Source: an uncultured Rhodopirellula sp. (GTDB taxonomy: Bacteria > Planctomycetota > Planctomycetia > Pirellulales > Pirellulaceae). From it: 49,221 nt of DNA. A program made the position numbers and the translations under genes. This document shows, piece by piece, positions 8,544 to 19,308 of this stretch. The notes below the pieces were generated by a model. That model made no database searches and was not told the origin of the DNA. It worked only from the letters and a program-made list of their open reading frames with translations. How positions within the stretch are numbered: the stretch's first letter is position 1; each line of letters opens with the position of its first letter. The stretch lies in assembly GCA_964007735.1 (NCBI GenBank), contig CAXGAI010000034.1:1-49221 (forward strand), written 5' to 3'.

Positions 8544-9959
8544 TTATTCTTTGAACCAGGGAACCCGTGCATTTTTTGCGATCTCAGCGTCAAGCGCGGT
8601 CATCCGAGCGGTTAGCCGCTCCACGATATCGGGATGAGTTTCTGCTAGATTGTTAGTTTCACTTAGATCAGTCTGTAGATTAAATAGAAGAATCTGAGGG
8701 GGTGTCGTGTTAGCCTGATTGTTGTTCCTCTGTTGGCGAGGCTTCTTGATGAGTAGCTTCCAATCCCCCTGTCGAATCCCCTCGAGATCTCCTCTTGACG
8801 TATAGTGCATAAACTCATTACGTGGTGACGACGTACATTCACCTGTGAAGAGTCCGGAGATGTCCATGCCATCGATTCTGTTCTTCTTGGGTAGTTTGGA
8901 ACCGCTTAACTTCGCGATAGTCGGAAGTAAATCGAGTGTTGCCGCGAGTTGGTCACAGACCGTACCCCTTGGTACGCCGGGGCCGCGGACAAGACAAGGA
9001 ACCCGTTGTCCACCTTCAAATGTCGTGCCTTTGCCGTCTCGTAACACGCCGGCAGATCCCCCATGATGTTTGAATTGTAGCCAGGGCCCGTTATCTGTTG
9101 TATAGATCACATAGGTGTTCGAGCTAAGCTTCAGTTCATCCAGTGTATTGAGCAGGCGTCCCACCTCTGCGTCGATGTGTTCAATGGTGTTGGTGTATGC
9201 GTTGAGGGGATTGGGATCTCTAACGTCTTCCGGTACATACAAGGGTATATGCGGCATAGAATGCGGCAGATAGACAAAAAACGGGCGGTGCTGGTGAGCC
9301 GTTACAAAATCAATCGCTTTCTGCGTATACCTCCGTGTCACAGTACGCTGGTCCACTGGGACTTCGATGATTGTTTCATCTTCAAATAGTGGCGTCTTCC
9401 ATTTAGTTAGAGTGGAATTTGGATCCTTCCAAAGTATGTCCATGCCGGCGAAGCCGCCCTGTGGCTTCCCCTTGTTGTCAGGATGGTTCATGTCGTTGGA
9501 GTAGGGGATGCCAAAATAAGTATCGAAACCATTCGAGGTCGGCAGGACTTCCGGGTGGTGGCCAAGATGCCATTTTCCGAAGCACGCGGTAGCGTAACCC
9601 TGTGATCCTAGTTGATCGGCGATCGTATTTTCGCTAGGATTTAGCCCCTTGGTGGAAGAGGGGAATAAGACATGTTGGTGCATCCCGACTCGCTTAGGGT
9701 AGCAACCTGTAAGTAAAGCCGCTCGTGATGGTGTGCACACGGGCGAGGCTACCATAAAGCTTGTAAACTTGCGGCCCTCAGTTGCTAGTCGGTCAATATT
9801 TGGTGTCTTTATCGTCTTGGAACCGAAGGAGCTAAGATCGCCGTAACCCTGATCATCAGCAAAGATAATGATGAAGTTGGGTTTCTGTTTTGCACAAGCA
9901 AGGTTCGCTATGAGGCTGGTGAACAAACAAATAACGACGGTCAGTAGCGGTTTCAACAT
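8544..9959 (-). CDS. secreted arylsulfatase (formylglycine-dependent)
   Basis: Signal peptide from ATG 9959, KPNFIIIFADDQGYGD, CTPSRAALLTG, GKWHLG, GIPYSNDM, TDNGPW, GKGTTFEGGQRVP. Confidence 0.95.
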   Translation of the reverse strand: MLKPLLTVVICLFTSLIANLACAKQKPNFIIIFADDQGYGDLSSFGSKTIKTPNIDRLATEGRKFTSFMVASPVCTPSRAALLTGCYPKRVGMHQHVLFPSSTKGLNPSENTIADQLGSQGYATACFGKWHLGHHPEVLPTSNGFDTYFGIPYSNDMNHPDNKGKPQGGFAGMDILWKDPNSTLTKWKTPLFEDETIIEVPVDQRTVTRRYTQKAIDFVTAHQHRPFFVYLPHSMPHIPLYVPEDVRDPNPLNAYTNTIEHIDAEVGRLLNTLDELKLSSNTYVIYTTDNGPWLQFKHHGGSAGVLRDGKGTTFEGGQRVPCLVRGPGVPRGTVCDQLAATLDLLPTIAKLSGSKLPKKNRIDGMDISGLFTGECTSSPRNEFMHYTSRGDLEGIRQGDWKLLIKKPRQQRNNNQANTTPPQILLFNLQTDLSETNNLAETHPDIVERLTARMTALDAEIAKNARVPWFKE

Positions 9960-10088
9960 GCAACAAAGGCCTTGTAAGTGATTGGGGTTCAAACCATAAA
10001 GTATATCGTTTGAGTGGTAGCAGTACCATTAACGATGAATATACAAGGAAGAGGTTATAGAATCTACTTCGCAGTAAAGTAAAGCGCG

Positions 10089-11765
10089 TTAAGTAACCGC
10101 CAACCAGAATGCGATGGCGAAAATTATTCCAACGAATAAAACGCAGCCGACGCCTGCGGGACTTAATTCTGAAGACTTGTTAGGAGTTAGAGGCTGCTCG
10201 TCGAAGCGTTTCTGTGCCTCCCCAGGATTGGAGAGAAAGACGGTAGCATCTTTAAATGCTGAACTGGTGGCTCTTAATAAAGCAGGGTAGACCCTAAATC
10301 GATAGGCCTTTGCCCCAGAAATCATACTAGGGAAAAATTCGCCCACATCCTCAATTCGGATCCGGCGGGTACCTTTCCCTATGATCCGTAATAACAGCAA
10401 CACTGTACGATATACGATCATGTAACTATGTGCTTTTTGGATGCCCATCGCGGAAGCGGTACCAAGTCCTAACGCTAGAGCGTGTCTTGCTATCAAGGGT
10501 CCGGAATTGGTTTCAACGTATTTAGCCGCCTGCTTATAGTCGACCGATTCGTTAACCTTGGCGCTGGCGATCGTTTCTATCTCATTCGACGAAAAATCAA
10601 GGCTTATATCGCCACCGTTTTTACGCACCAGAAATTCCCCAAGCAGTGGGAAGCGGTAACGGCTTTTACCCTCTCCAAATGTCGTTGGAGAGGAAATCGC
10701 CATCCACATATGTTTTTGTGCTTCGGCCACCGTAGCGACAGGTATCCCGGTTTGTAATGAAACGATGGTGGACAGTAGCTCCAAGTTGACAGGATCATCT
10801 GATTCCCCGAGTGCCTCGCCCAGCAATTCGTCTAGATTAGGGGGCGCTGGTGGAGCGGTCTTTTCCTTGGAAGGCGGATTCGGTGTCTCTGGTGTCGGTG
10901 TTGAAGTTGGTTTAGTGCTCGCCTTCACCTCTGATTTCGGGTTGTCTACATGCTCCGTATGGTTAGTCGAGTCAAGAATGTTTTCGTCGGCGGGGATTGT
11001 TTGATTAGAGACAGCCTGACTTGATATCGGGCTATTCGTTGGTGGGTTGACACCTTGGTCGGATCCTGACGAGCTTGTAATAGTGACCGCTTGTGGAGAT
11101 TCCGAATCTAATTCGCGGAGATCTTCCTTAGCATGGGACTCAGCCCGGCGGGTTAATTCAACAAGGTGCTGACGGGATTCGTCTTGGAGTTGTTTCAGAA
11201 GGGCCTGGTCTTGCGACGTGTCTGTAATTTCTTTAGCGGCGTCTTTTGATAATATTGCTAACGCCTCTGCTCGGAATACTGCAAGTGGATCCTCGACTTT
11301 AGGTGGGAGGTTGGGCGACGAATGCTTGGGCACAACGGGCGTCCCGGTGGTTAATCCAGGATCTTGAGGAGGCGTTTTACTCTGAACGATGTCTTTCTTG
11401 GTAGCTGAATCGGCCGCAATTAACTCAACTTGATGAGCATAGAAAACGAGACTGTAACCGTCAAACTTATCGAGAGCAAAGGTGAAAACCGCGTTGGTTC
11501 CCTTTTGAACATCCTCCGCTGCGTGCACTTGGAGTTCCAATTTGTAATCAGTTTGCGGCAGAGCACATCTGATGGTTTTACCATCTCGCAGCTTCTTCAC
11601 GCGCGTATAAGCTACCGTTTGGGTGACGCTTTCTATCGTGAGTTCGCCGGTGATCGGCTCGTTCGCAATTTCACGGATTAGGGAGTTGAATTTCCTTTGG
11701 GGACGTCTTTCCGTGAGTGTGATTTCATTTAGTTCTTCAACTAAGTCCGAAAGGGTCAAAGCCAT
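10089..11765 (-). CDS. hypothetical protein with two HU/IHF-like domains and a C-terminal transmembrane anchor
   Basis: 558-aa ORF; Pro/Thr/Ser-rich linker; two helix-helix-beta segments ending in RYRFPLLGEFLVRK and RIRIEDVGEFFP..YRFRVYPALLR; hydrophobic C-tail. Confidence 0.6.
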   Translation of the reverse strand: MALTLSDLVEELNEITLTERRPQRKFNSLIREIANEPITGELTIESVTQTVAYTRVKKLRDGKTIRCALPQTDYKLELQVHAAEDVQKGTNAVFTFALDKFDGYSLVFYAHQVELIAADSATKKDIVQSKTPPQDPGLTTGTPVVPKHSSPNLPPKVEDPLAVFRAEALAILSKDAAKEITDTSQDQALLKQLQDESRQHLVELTRRAESHAKEDLRELDSESPQAVTITSSSGSDQGVNPPTNSPISSQAVSNQTIPADENILDSTNHTEHVDNPKSEVKASTKPTSTPTPETPNPPSKEKTAPPAPPNLDELLGEALGESDDPVNLELLSTIVSLQTGIPVATVAEAQKHMWMAISSPTTFGEGKSRYRFPLLGEFLVRKNGGDISLDFSSNEIETIASAKVNESVDYKQAAKYVETNSGPLIARHALALGLGTASAMGIQKAHSYMIVYRTVLLLLRIIGKGTRRIRIEDVGEFFPSMISGAKAYRFRVYPALLRATSSAFKDATVFLSNPGEAQKRFDEQPLTPNKSSELSPAGVGCVLFVGIIFAIAFWLAVT

Positions 11766-11865
11766 TTAAAAACCGTTCGCAAAGGGTACAAGATCCTACT
11801 AAAACACCTAACTTCACTATATTAAGATGTAATTACAGCATAGTTAAGGCGCGGAAAAATACCAA

Positions 11866-12723
11866 CTAATACATTAACATAGCCAATTTGCGCCGATATT
11901 TATGTACAAGTTCGTCATCCTCCGGCAGTGCCTTGAATGCAGTCAGTAGGAATTGATGCGCATTTTTGCCAACACCTAATTTATCTGCAGCATATACATC
12001 GATAGCGATCTGAAAAGCTTCTTCATACTCATTCGCAGCCGCAAGGGCCTCAGCAAATTCCATAGCGCACTGATGGTTGTTAGGGTTCTCGGCGTACTTA
12101 GAACGCGCTGATGTAAGGTCAGAATCCTCCGAGCCAGATGATAAGGTGATGATTGCTTTAACTTTTTCTGCCTCTGGCTCGAGAAAACCTCTTTCTTCTA
12201 ATTTGTCGATGAGTGCCGCAGCCTCATTAGTCCGGCCGTTCAGCGATAATGCGCGGGCTAGCCCAATTTGCAGGATGGCATTCTCGCCATCTTTAGCTAG
12301 CAGTGTGTTCCAAGCTTCGACGGCAGCAGCTGGATCCGTATCTGTCAGGGAATCTGCGGACATTATATTGCGATGAATTTGCAACTGCTCGATCCATGCG
12401 GCAATTTCGTCGGCTTCAATAACACCCTGGAAATAATCGATCGGTTTACCATCCGTAAACGCGTATACGATAGGAATACTCTCCACCTGAAATGACTGCG
12501 CCGTTTCCGGTGCAACTTCAGTGTTAACCTTGACGAGCCTAACATCGCCGTTAAAACGAGAGACGGCATTTTCAAGATTTGGCGCCAAAAGGCGGCAAGG
12601 TTGACACCATGACGCCCAAAAATCTACCAGGACTACTTGATTTTGAGAGGCGAGGATAACATCGTTCTCAAACGATTCGTCGGTGGTGTCAATGATCCAG
12701 TGGGGATGATAGTCATCGCTCAT
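11866..12723 (-). CDS. cnoX: thioredoxin-TPR chaperedoxin (CnoX/YbbN family)
   Basis: VLVDFWASWCQPC, FQVESIP, TPR-like helices, C-terminal YRRKLAMLMY. Confidence 0.9.
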   Translation of the reverse strand: MSDDYHPHWIIDTTDESFENDVILASQNQVVLVDFWASWCQPCRLLAPNLENAVSRFNGDVRLVKVNTEVAPETAQSFQVESIPIVYAFTDGKPIDYFQGVIEADEIAAWIEQLQIHRNIMSADSLTDTDPAAAVEAWNTLLAKDGENAILQIGLARALSLNGRTNEAAALIDKLEERGFLEPEAEKVKAIITLSSGSEDSDLTSARSKYAENPNNHQCAMEFAEALAAANEYEEAFQIAIDVYAADKLGVGKNAHQFLLTAFKALPEDDELVHKYRRKLAMLMY

Positions 12724-12854
12724 TTTCTTCTCTTCTATTTAAGTCAAGGGTTAGACTCTTATTGTAAAATAGACCGAGTCGCTTGGGGATAGAGTTCGAA
12801 AAAACTTTGTGCTTCGGCGGGCGACCTCGCGCTAATTATCGAGAGAACAATAGA

Positions 12855-13895
12855 ATGATGAAACTGACTAAACTTTTCGCCTGGCAGCCTGTCTGTGCCG
12901 GATCTCCACCGGATTGGCGGACGACGCTGGGGCAAATCATAGTCCAGATTGAGTTGGAAGACGGTACCCAAGGTCTTGGTGTCGGCGGGGGCGGCCAAGC
13001 GGGCCTACACGTCGTTGACACGGTCCTCCGTGAATGCTTGTTCCACAATAGATACGCTTGCCCTCAGGACGCCCATGAGGAGATGTTGCACCACACGTCG
13101 TTTTTTGGTCGCAAGGGCATTGTTCCTATGGCCATATCGGGCGTGGACCTAGCCATTTGGGATGCGTATGCCAAACAACGAAATCTGTCTGTCTATGAAC
13201 TGTTAAGCAACAAGCCAGCGCCGGCTTCCTTGCCGATGTATCAGACCGTGTTTGATGATGCACAAGCGGTATTAGCTGTCAAACAAGGTAAACAGGCTGT
13301 GAAATTGCATGTCGAACGCTTTGGTGATAGGCCCGACCCCTTAGTGATTCGTCGACTTGTGCAGGAAACGAGGAATAAACTCGGACCAGCCAAGTCAATC
13401 ATGGTGGACGCCTTTGGACGCTGGGATGTTGATACGACTCTTCGCGTGGCGGAGGCTATTTGTGAGTTTGAAATTGATTGGATCGAAGAACCAGTTGCCC
13501 CCAACGCTTTAACTGAGTATAGGATACTGAGCAAAGAATCTCCGATTCCGATTGCGGGGGGTGAGCACGAATATCTAAGTGAGGGATTCATGGAACTTGC
13601 TGAGATGAATGCCGTGAGTGTGTTTCAACCCGATATCAGCTGGTGCGGTGGTCTTACAACCTTGATAGAGGTCTATAGAATCGCAGAAGAATCTGGGATC
13701 CGGGTGGTGCCGCATCGTGGAGCGGAACCCTTTAGTCTTCCGGCAATCGCTGCCCTTGATAAGAACCCATTGGCGGAATCAGCTCGCGACTGGTTCGATT
13801 GCATCGAAGGCGTCCCGGTCCCTACTGTGCGAGGTGTACCGTTGAAATTGCGACCCGGTTTCGGTGTTAAAAGCGTTCCTGAATCACATCAATGA
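12855..13895 (+). CDS. mandelate racemase/muconate lactonizing enzyme family protein (sugar-acid dehydratase-like)
   Basis: AISGVDLAIWD, metal ligands MVDA / WIEEP / AGGEHE, QPDISWCGG, VVPH; start taken at ATG 12855. Confidence 0.88.
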   Translation: MMKLTKLFAWQPVCAGSPPDWRTTLGQIIVQIELEDGTQGLGVGGGGQAGLHVVDTVLRECLFHNRYACPQDAHEEMLHHTSFFGRKGIVPMAISGVDLAIWDAYAKQRNLSVYELLSNKPAPASLPMYQTVFDDAQAVLAVKQGKQAVKLHVERFGDRPDPLVIRRLVQETRNKLGPAKSIMVDAFGRWDVDTTLRVAEAICEFEIDWIEEPVAPNALTEYRILSKESPIPIAGGEHEYLSEGFMELAEMNAVSVFQPDISWCGGLTTLIEVYRIAEESGIRVVPHRGAEPFSLPAIAALDKNPLAESARDWFDCIEGVPVPTVRGVPLKLRPGFGVKSVPESHQ

Positions 13896-15356
13896 TCAGC
13901 CTAGAATCTCCGTGACGACTCTTGCTGGCTCGACACCAGTCAGACGTTGATCGAGGCCTTGATGTCGGAAGGTAAGACGATTGTGGTCGATTCCGAGTTG
14001 GTTAAGGATCGTCGCATTAAGATCACGGATATGGACAGGATTTTCAAGGATATTGTAGCTGTAGTCGTCCGTTCTGCCATACTCAAAACCTTTTCGAATA
14101 CCAGCTCCAGCTAACCAAGTTGTGAAACAACGTCCATGATGGTCGCGGCCATGGTTATCCTTGGAGAGGTTTCCTTGGGAATAGATAGTACGACCGAATT
14201 CACCTCCGCATACCACGAGCGTTTCGTCGAGTAAACCACGACGTTTCAGATCTTTAACCAAAGCTGCTGCTGGCTGGTCAATGTCTTCACATTGCAGCTT
14301 GAATAGGCGAGGAAGACTTCCGTGTTGGTCCCAGCCGCGATGAAATAATTGAATCGTTCTAACTCCGCTTTCCACCATTCGGCGGGCTAAAAGGCAATTT
14401 CGTGCAAAGGTTCCCGGCTTGCGCGAACCGGGCCCATACAGATCCAAAGTCTCTTCGGTCTCGTCTGCAACGTCCATCAGGTCGGGGACGGAAGTTTGCA
14501 TACGAAACGCCATTTCGTATTGAGAAATCCTCGCCTCTGTTTCAGGGTCACCAAATTCTGTGAATTCCACAGAGTTCAGCTTGTTCAGGACATCGAGCAT
14601 ATTTCTACGTGATTTAGATGTGACCCCCTCTGGATTCGACAGGAATAAGACTGGGTCTTTTCCGGAGCGGAAATTGACGCCCTGATGGCGGGAAGGAAGA
14701 AAGCCTGCGCCCCATAGGCGCGAATATAAGGCCTGACTTTGGCCCCTTCCCTTAGAAATCATTACTACATAGGCCGGAAGGTTATCATTGGGGTTACCAA
14801 GGCCGTAGCTTAGCCAGGCTCCGAGACTTGGTTTGCCAGGTTGTTGTACCCCGGTATTGATATACGTGATCGCTGGATCGTGATTTATCGCCTCGGTGTG
14901 TATAGACTTGACGATGGTGATGTCATCGGCAATCGACCCGATGTGTGGGAGAATCTCGTTGACATACGTGCCATGGTCTCCTCGTCGCAAAAAATTAAAC
15001 ATAGGAGCGACGCAGGGAAACGATTTCTGCCCACTCGTCATACCGGTCAGGCGTTGCCCATTCCGTATAGATTCAGGTAGCTCTTCTCCATGGAACTCCC
15101 GCATCTCGGGCTTGAAGTCGAACATATCGATATGGGAAGGACCACCCGAGAAAAAAAGGTAAATTACATGTTTAGCTTTCGGACGGTAATGAGTATTGAG
15201 TAAAGGATCGGCTGCGGAAGCGACCCTTGCGCCGGCATTGGTGAGCGAGGCTAAGGCGGCGGCTCCGATGCTTTTGCTTGCATTGGCTAAGAGGTGGCGT
15301 CTGGTCAGATTTAACGCGTATTTGTTCGCAGGGTTTATCATTGTTTCTCGGTTCAT
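13896..15356 (-). CDS. DUF1501 family protein (Tat-exported)
   Basis: TRRHLL twin-arginine motif, [44 protein letters not shown] overlap with the upstream gene. Confidence 0.93.
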   Translation of the reverse strand: MNRETMINPANKYALNLTRRHLLANASKSIGAAALASLTNAGARVASAADPLLNTHYRPKAKHVIYLFFSGGPSHIDMFDFKPEMREFHGEELPESIRNGQRLTGMTSGQKSFPCVAPMFNFLRRGDHGTYVNEILPHIGSIADDITIVKSIHTEAINHDPAITYINTGVQQPGKPSLGAWLSYGLGNPNDNLPAYVVMISKGRGQSQALYSRLWGAGFLPSRHQGVNFRSGKDPVLFLSNPEGVTSKSRRNMLDVLNKLNSVEFTEFGDPETEARISQYEMAFRMQTSVPDLMDVADETEETLDLYGPGSRKPGTFARNCLLARRMVESGVRTIQLFHRGWDQHGSLPRLFKLQCEDIDQPAAALVKDLKRRGLLDETLVVCGGEFGRTIYSQGNLSKDNHGRDHHGRCFTTWLAGAGIRKGFEYGRTDDYSYNILENPVHIRDLNATILNQLGIDHNRLTFRHQGLDQRLTGVEPARVVTEILG

Positions 15357-18300
15357 CCTCGCGTAATCGTGGCATCGAGGTTTAGCAGGAGATTAGAGAG
15401 TAAGGTAAGCGCAGCCTGTACCTCCAAGGGTATCGAGTCGTCACCTTTAAACTCGCCGATTTGCAGTAAGTCTGTGGCTGCGGAGGGATCGGCGTTAAAG
15501 CGACTTAGTTCCTTTTGGTAATAGCGGGCCAAAAGAGCAACTGTGTCGGCATCGGGTTTTCGTCCCGTGGTGATTCGGTAACCATAAGCGATCTGTTTAT
15601 TAATATCCGTGCTAACGCCATATATGCGATGCCCCAGAGCCCGTGCAGCTTCCAGATACTGAGGATCGTTGAGGGTGACGAGCGCCTGTAAAGGTGTATT
15701 AGTGCGCGGTCGCCCGACCACGCATTTCTCGCGACTGGGAACATCAAAGATGGTCATCGCGGGAGCTGGAGCCGATCTTTTCCAATAGGTGTACATACTT
15801 CGGCGATAGTTATTAATTCCTTTATCCTGATTGAATCGAACGTTCCCGCTAAGACTTACTTCATTCCAAAGCCCGGCAGGCTGATACGGTTTAACACCAG
15901 GGCCACCAATTTGGTTTGTTAAAATACCGCCCGCAGCTAGGGCGCTATCACGAATAAATTCTGCCTGTAAACGAAAACGCGGCCCATGGGAATAATACCG
16001 GTTTAGTGGGTCAAGCCTCTTAGCCTCTAACGAAATATGAGAAGATTGGCGGTAGGTTGAGGAGCTGACGATGATCCGTATCAGGTGTTTCGAGTCCCAA
16101 CCGGACTCGACGAACTCGACGGCCAGCCAATCAAGAAGTGCAGGATGACTAGGATTGTCACCCTGAGCTCCAAAATCACCAACGGTTTTGACAATTCCGA
16201 TGCCGAAAAACATTTGCCAGATGCGGTTTACGGTGACACGTGATGTTAGGGGATTTCTATCGTCGCTAATCCACTGCGCGAGGCCTAGGCGATTAGGGGC
16301 TAAATCCCGACCGCCAAATTGCAATTGTTTTGGGACGCCTGGTTGTAACTCTTTATCTTTTTGTGGGCTAGCATAATTACCTCGGTCTAAAACATACGTC
16401 GGCCTCATGGTAGCGACATCCCCCATTACCATGACACTCGTAAGTGGTTTGTTAAGTTCGTCTATTAGTGCTTGCTGCTTGGTAATAGCTTCAGTGTGTT
16501 TGCGGTAAATCTCGTTCTGGGAATAGAATCGGTCTTTAAGCAGTGTTTGTTCTTCTATGGTCCATTCGGATTTGGACTTGAGAAGGATCGGTGTGATCAC
16601 GTCTCGTCCTGCGTCGAGTTTTACTTCGTCCGACGATAAATTGCGTGAGTAAATAGATATCGAACTAATTTCGCCTCGATAGTAAAGCGATGATTCCCGT
16701 TTTCCAACCTTAAAGGAAGTGTCAGCAATAACAGAATCCTTAAGAGTGTCTTGCACGACAGTTAATTCCTGAGCAACACCGTCGAAATAAAGGGCCACAC
16801 CGCTGGCTTTTTGGGAACCATCGTAGGTCACCATTATGTGCTGGGCTTTGTCGGGAGTTACCTTTTTCTTTGAGGCAATCTTAATGGCATTGTTAGGCCA
16901 TTGATGAATGATATGAACTTCGACCAATCCGCCAGATAGTAAAAAATCATAGCCTTTAAAGCTATTGCTATCGTTCATCCTACTGAGTATAGCTCCGGAG
17001 CTGTCGGCTTGTGGTTTAATCCAGGTGCCAAATGAAAAGCTGTCTGTCCCTTCAAACTTTGCGAAATTCTTTCCGAAATCAATGTGGCTTTGCCCGTCTA
17101 AATCAATAGCGTGACCATCCGACCCAGAACTCCACTTTGGATTTCCGTGATAGGTTCCTGAGTAGGGTGGTGTAGTACCCGCGGAAACCAATGTGTTTGT
17201 TTGTTCTTGAAAATCGATGAATGCGTAGCGTCCATCAGGGACACGCGGGCCGTTTCCCGCCTCCCGGATCTCGCGACCGAGCCAGTCATGGTAGGCTTCC
17301 GTTGAAGTCGTTTTGTAATCCTCTAACGCAGCCCTAAGAATTTCTAGTTGTTCATTGGCCTCAGGAAGTTGGGCCTGCTTTCGTAGGTCAGGGACCTGGA
17401 CGATTGGTGCCTCGTTGCCGTTTCTGGTCTGCATACCTTTGTCTGATGCTTGGTTGAAATAAGCATACAGTTGATAGTACTCCTCTTGGCTAAAAGGGTC
17501 GTATTTATGATCATGGCATTGTGCGCATTCAAGTGTTAAGCCTAGCCACACCGTGGACGTAGTCTTGACGCGGTCGACAATATACTCGACACGGTATTCT
17601 TCGGCGATGGCTCCGCCTTCATCCGTTGTTCCATGATTACGATTAAAACCGGAGGCTACGAGCTGATCCACCGTGGCATTTGGAATCAAATCACCAGCCA
17701 GTTGTTCGATCGTAAAGTCTTTATAGGATTTATTCTGATTAAAGGATTTAATCACCCAATCACGCCAAGCCCACATGTCCCGGGGGCCGTCGGCATGAAA
17801 AACACTTGAATCCCCATAGCGGGCAGCATCCATCCAGTCCACTGCCATTCTTTCCCCGTATCGGGGTGATTCAAGTAGCCTGTCAACTAACTTGGTGTAA
17901 GCATTTGGTGTCTGATCTAACAGGAAAGAATCAATTTCATCCGTGGTTGGTGGGATGCCGGTAAGATCTAAGGTAAGGCGGCGGATCAATATTTCTTTGT
18001 CAGCGGATTGATTTGGTTCCAGCCCGTGGAGCCGCATTTTCTGATAGGTGAACCGATCGACGTGATTGTTCCCCCATTGCGCTTTATCGGCTAAGGGTAT
18101 TTGAGGGCGAATCGGCGCGGTAAAAGCCCAGTGCTCCTCGTATTCGGCACCTTCTGATACCCAACGTTCAAGCAACCTGATTTGTTGGTCAGTTAGGTCT
18201 TTTTTCAACGTCGGAGGTGGCATCCGCAGATCATCGTCGTCATTTTTAATACGCGCTATGATCAGACTTTCGCCGGGTTTGCTAGGGGAGATGGCGGCTG

Positions 18301-18508
18301 CACCCTCTCTCAACGCTGTGGCGTCAGAGAAGTTGTCTAATCGCAATCCAGCTTCACGGTGGTTTTCGTCAGGACCGTGACATTGGTAACAGTGATTCGT
18401 AAGGATTTGCCGAATGTCGCGGTCGAACGATACAGGCTCCCGCGCTTGAACTGTGATTGTCGCAATAAGCGACAGTAACGATAATTGTGATAGTGTAAGT
18501 TTAGTCAT
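15353..18508 (-). CDS. planctomycete cytochrome c (PSCyt1)/DUF1549/DUF1553 protein with an inserted LamG-like domain
   Basis: CYQCH and [11 protein letters not shown] heme motifs, [57 protein letters not shown]; central beta-rich segment ([13 protein letters not shown]). Confidence 0.93.
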   Translation of the reverse strand: MTKLTLSQLSLLSLIATITVQAREPVSFDRDIRQILTNHCYQCHGPDENHREAGLRLDNFSDATALREGAAAISPSKPGESLIIARIKNDDDDLRMPPPTLKKDLTDQQIRLLERWVSEGAEYEEHWAFTAPIRPQIPLADKAQWGNNHVDRFTYQKMRLHGLEPNQSADKEILIRRLTLDLTGIPPTTDEIDSFLLDQTPNAYTKLVDRLLESPRYGERMAVDWMDAARYGDSSVFHADGPRDMWAWRDWVIKSFNQNKSYKDFTIEQLAGDLIPNATVDQLVASGFNRNHGTTDEGGAIAEEYRVEYIVDRVKTTSTVWLGLTLECAQCHDHKYDPFSQEEYYQLYAYFNQASDKGMQTRNGNEAPIVQVPDLRKQAQLPEANEQLEILRAALEDYKTTSTEAYHDWLGREIREAGNGPRVPDGRYAFIDFQEQTNTLVSAGTTPPYSGTYHGNPKWSSGSDGHAIDLDGQSHIDFGKNFAKFEGTDSFSFGTWIKPQADSSGAILSRMNDSNSFKGYDFLLSGGLVEVHIIHQWPNNAIKIASKKKVTPDKAQHIMVTYDGSQKASGVALYFDGVAQELTVVQDTLKDSVIADTSFKVGKRESSLYYRGEISSISIYSRNLSSDEVKLDAGRDVITPILLKSKSEWTIEEQTLLKDRFYSQNEIYRKHTEAITKQQALIDELNKPLTSVMVMGDVATMRPTYVLDRGNYASPQKDKELQPGVPKQLQFGGRDLAPNRLGLAQWISDDRNPLTSRVTVNRIWQMFFGIGIVKTVGDFGAQGDNPSHPALLDWLAVEFVESGWDSKHLIRIIVSSSTYRQSSHISLEAKRLDPLNRYYSHGPRFRLQAEFIRDSALAAGGILTNQIGGPGVKPYQPAGLWNEVSLSGNVRFNQDKGINNYRRSMYTYWKRSAPAPAMTIFDVPSREKCVVGRPRTNTPLQALVTLNDPQYLEAARALGHRIYGVSTDINKQIAYGYRITTGRKPDADTVALLARYYQKELSRFNADPSAATDLLQIGEFKGDDSIPLEVQAALTLLSNLLLNLDATITRG

Positions 18509-18655
18509 TGTCCAGCAACGTCTTATTAGTAATCTCGGTCACAAGATTAGGGTTTGGATCTTCGTTTCCTATTATATACTAGGTCTTAGGTCTGAGTTGT
18601 TAGTGGCTCGAGCTCTGGTGAATACAGTCAGCGAATTTGCTGGAAGGGCAAATCT

Positions 18656-19267
18656 ATGAACATCCCATCACATCTGCTTGAAGAAGAAAAGCGACCAATC
18701 GATTATCCAAAGTCCTCTTTTACTTGGATCAGTGTTGGAGCAGCGGCGGTGACAATCGTCCCCTACGTTCTATTCGTGATTGACTATGTTGATCGCATAT
18801 CAAATCGCGTGAAATTCTTAGACTTCTTGGGTGAAAACCAGACAGGTACTTTGAACGGAACTCAGGACTTTCTCGCCTATGTGTTGACGCTGTTATTGGG
18901 TGTCATCGTTCTCGGCACGCTTGCAGGTATGATTGGGGCGGTTGTCATGGTCGTGAAATACAATAAAGAAGATGGCTTTATAGTGGTGCGGTTCGGCATG
19001 GGCGCTGCGTTAGGTTGTCAGGGAATCCTAATTATCTGCACCTGTGTTATCTGGGTGGCAAATGCGTTGGCGCTTTATAACGGCGATAAGATAGATGAAG
19101 ACGGAGTTCGGATCGTCGCAACCACTGAATTGATGGTGGCGATGTCGACGAAAGTATTTGCTAATTCTGGGATTATATGGGGAGTGTGGACGCTTCTTCC
19201 GCCCCTTTTTATCGCGTTATTGTTCGCCGAAAAAGACCTGAATCGAAGAACGGTAAAACACGTTTAG
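18656..19267 (+). CDS. hypothetical membrane protein (about 4 TM)
   Basis: 203-aa ORF with four hydrophobic stretches; GGAAGGG RBS. Confidence 0.7.
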   Translation: MNIPSHLLEEEKRPIDYPKSSFTWISVGAAAVTIVPYVLFVIDYVDRISNRVKFLDFLGENQTGTLNGTQDFLAYVLTLLLGVIVLGTLAGMIGAVVMVVKYNKEDGFIVVRFGMGAALGCQGILIICTCVIWVANALALYNGDKIDEDGVRIVATTELMVAMSTKVFANSGIIWGVWTLLPPLFIALLFAEKDLNRRTVKHV

Positions 19268-19308
19268 ACTCGGTATTGCATCATCACAATTAAGCTGCAT
19301 ATCAAATG

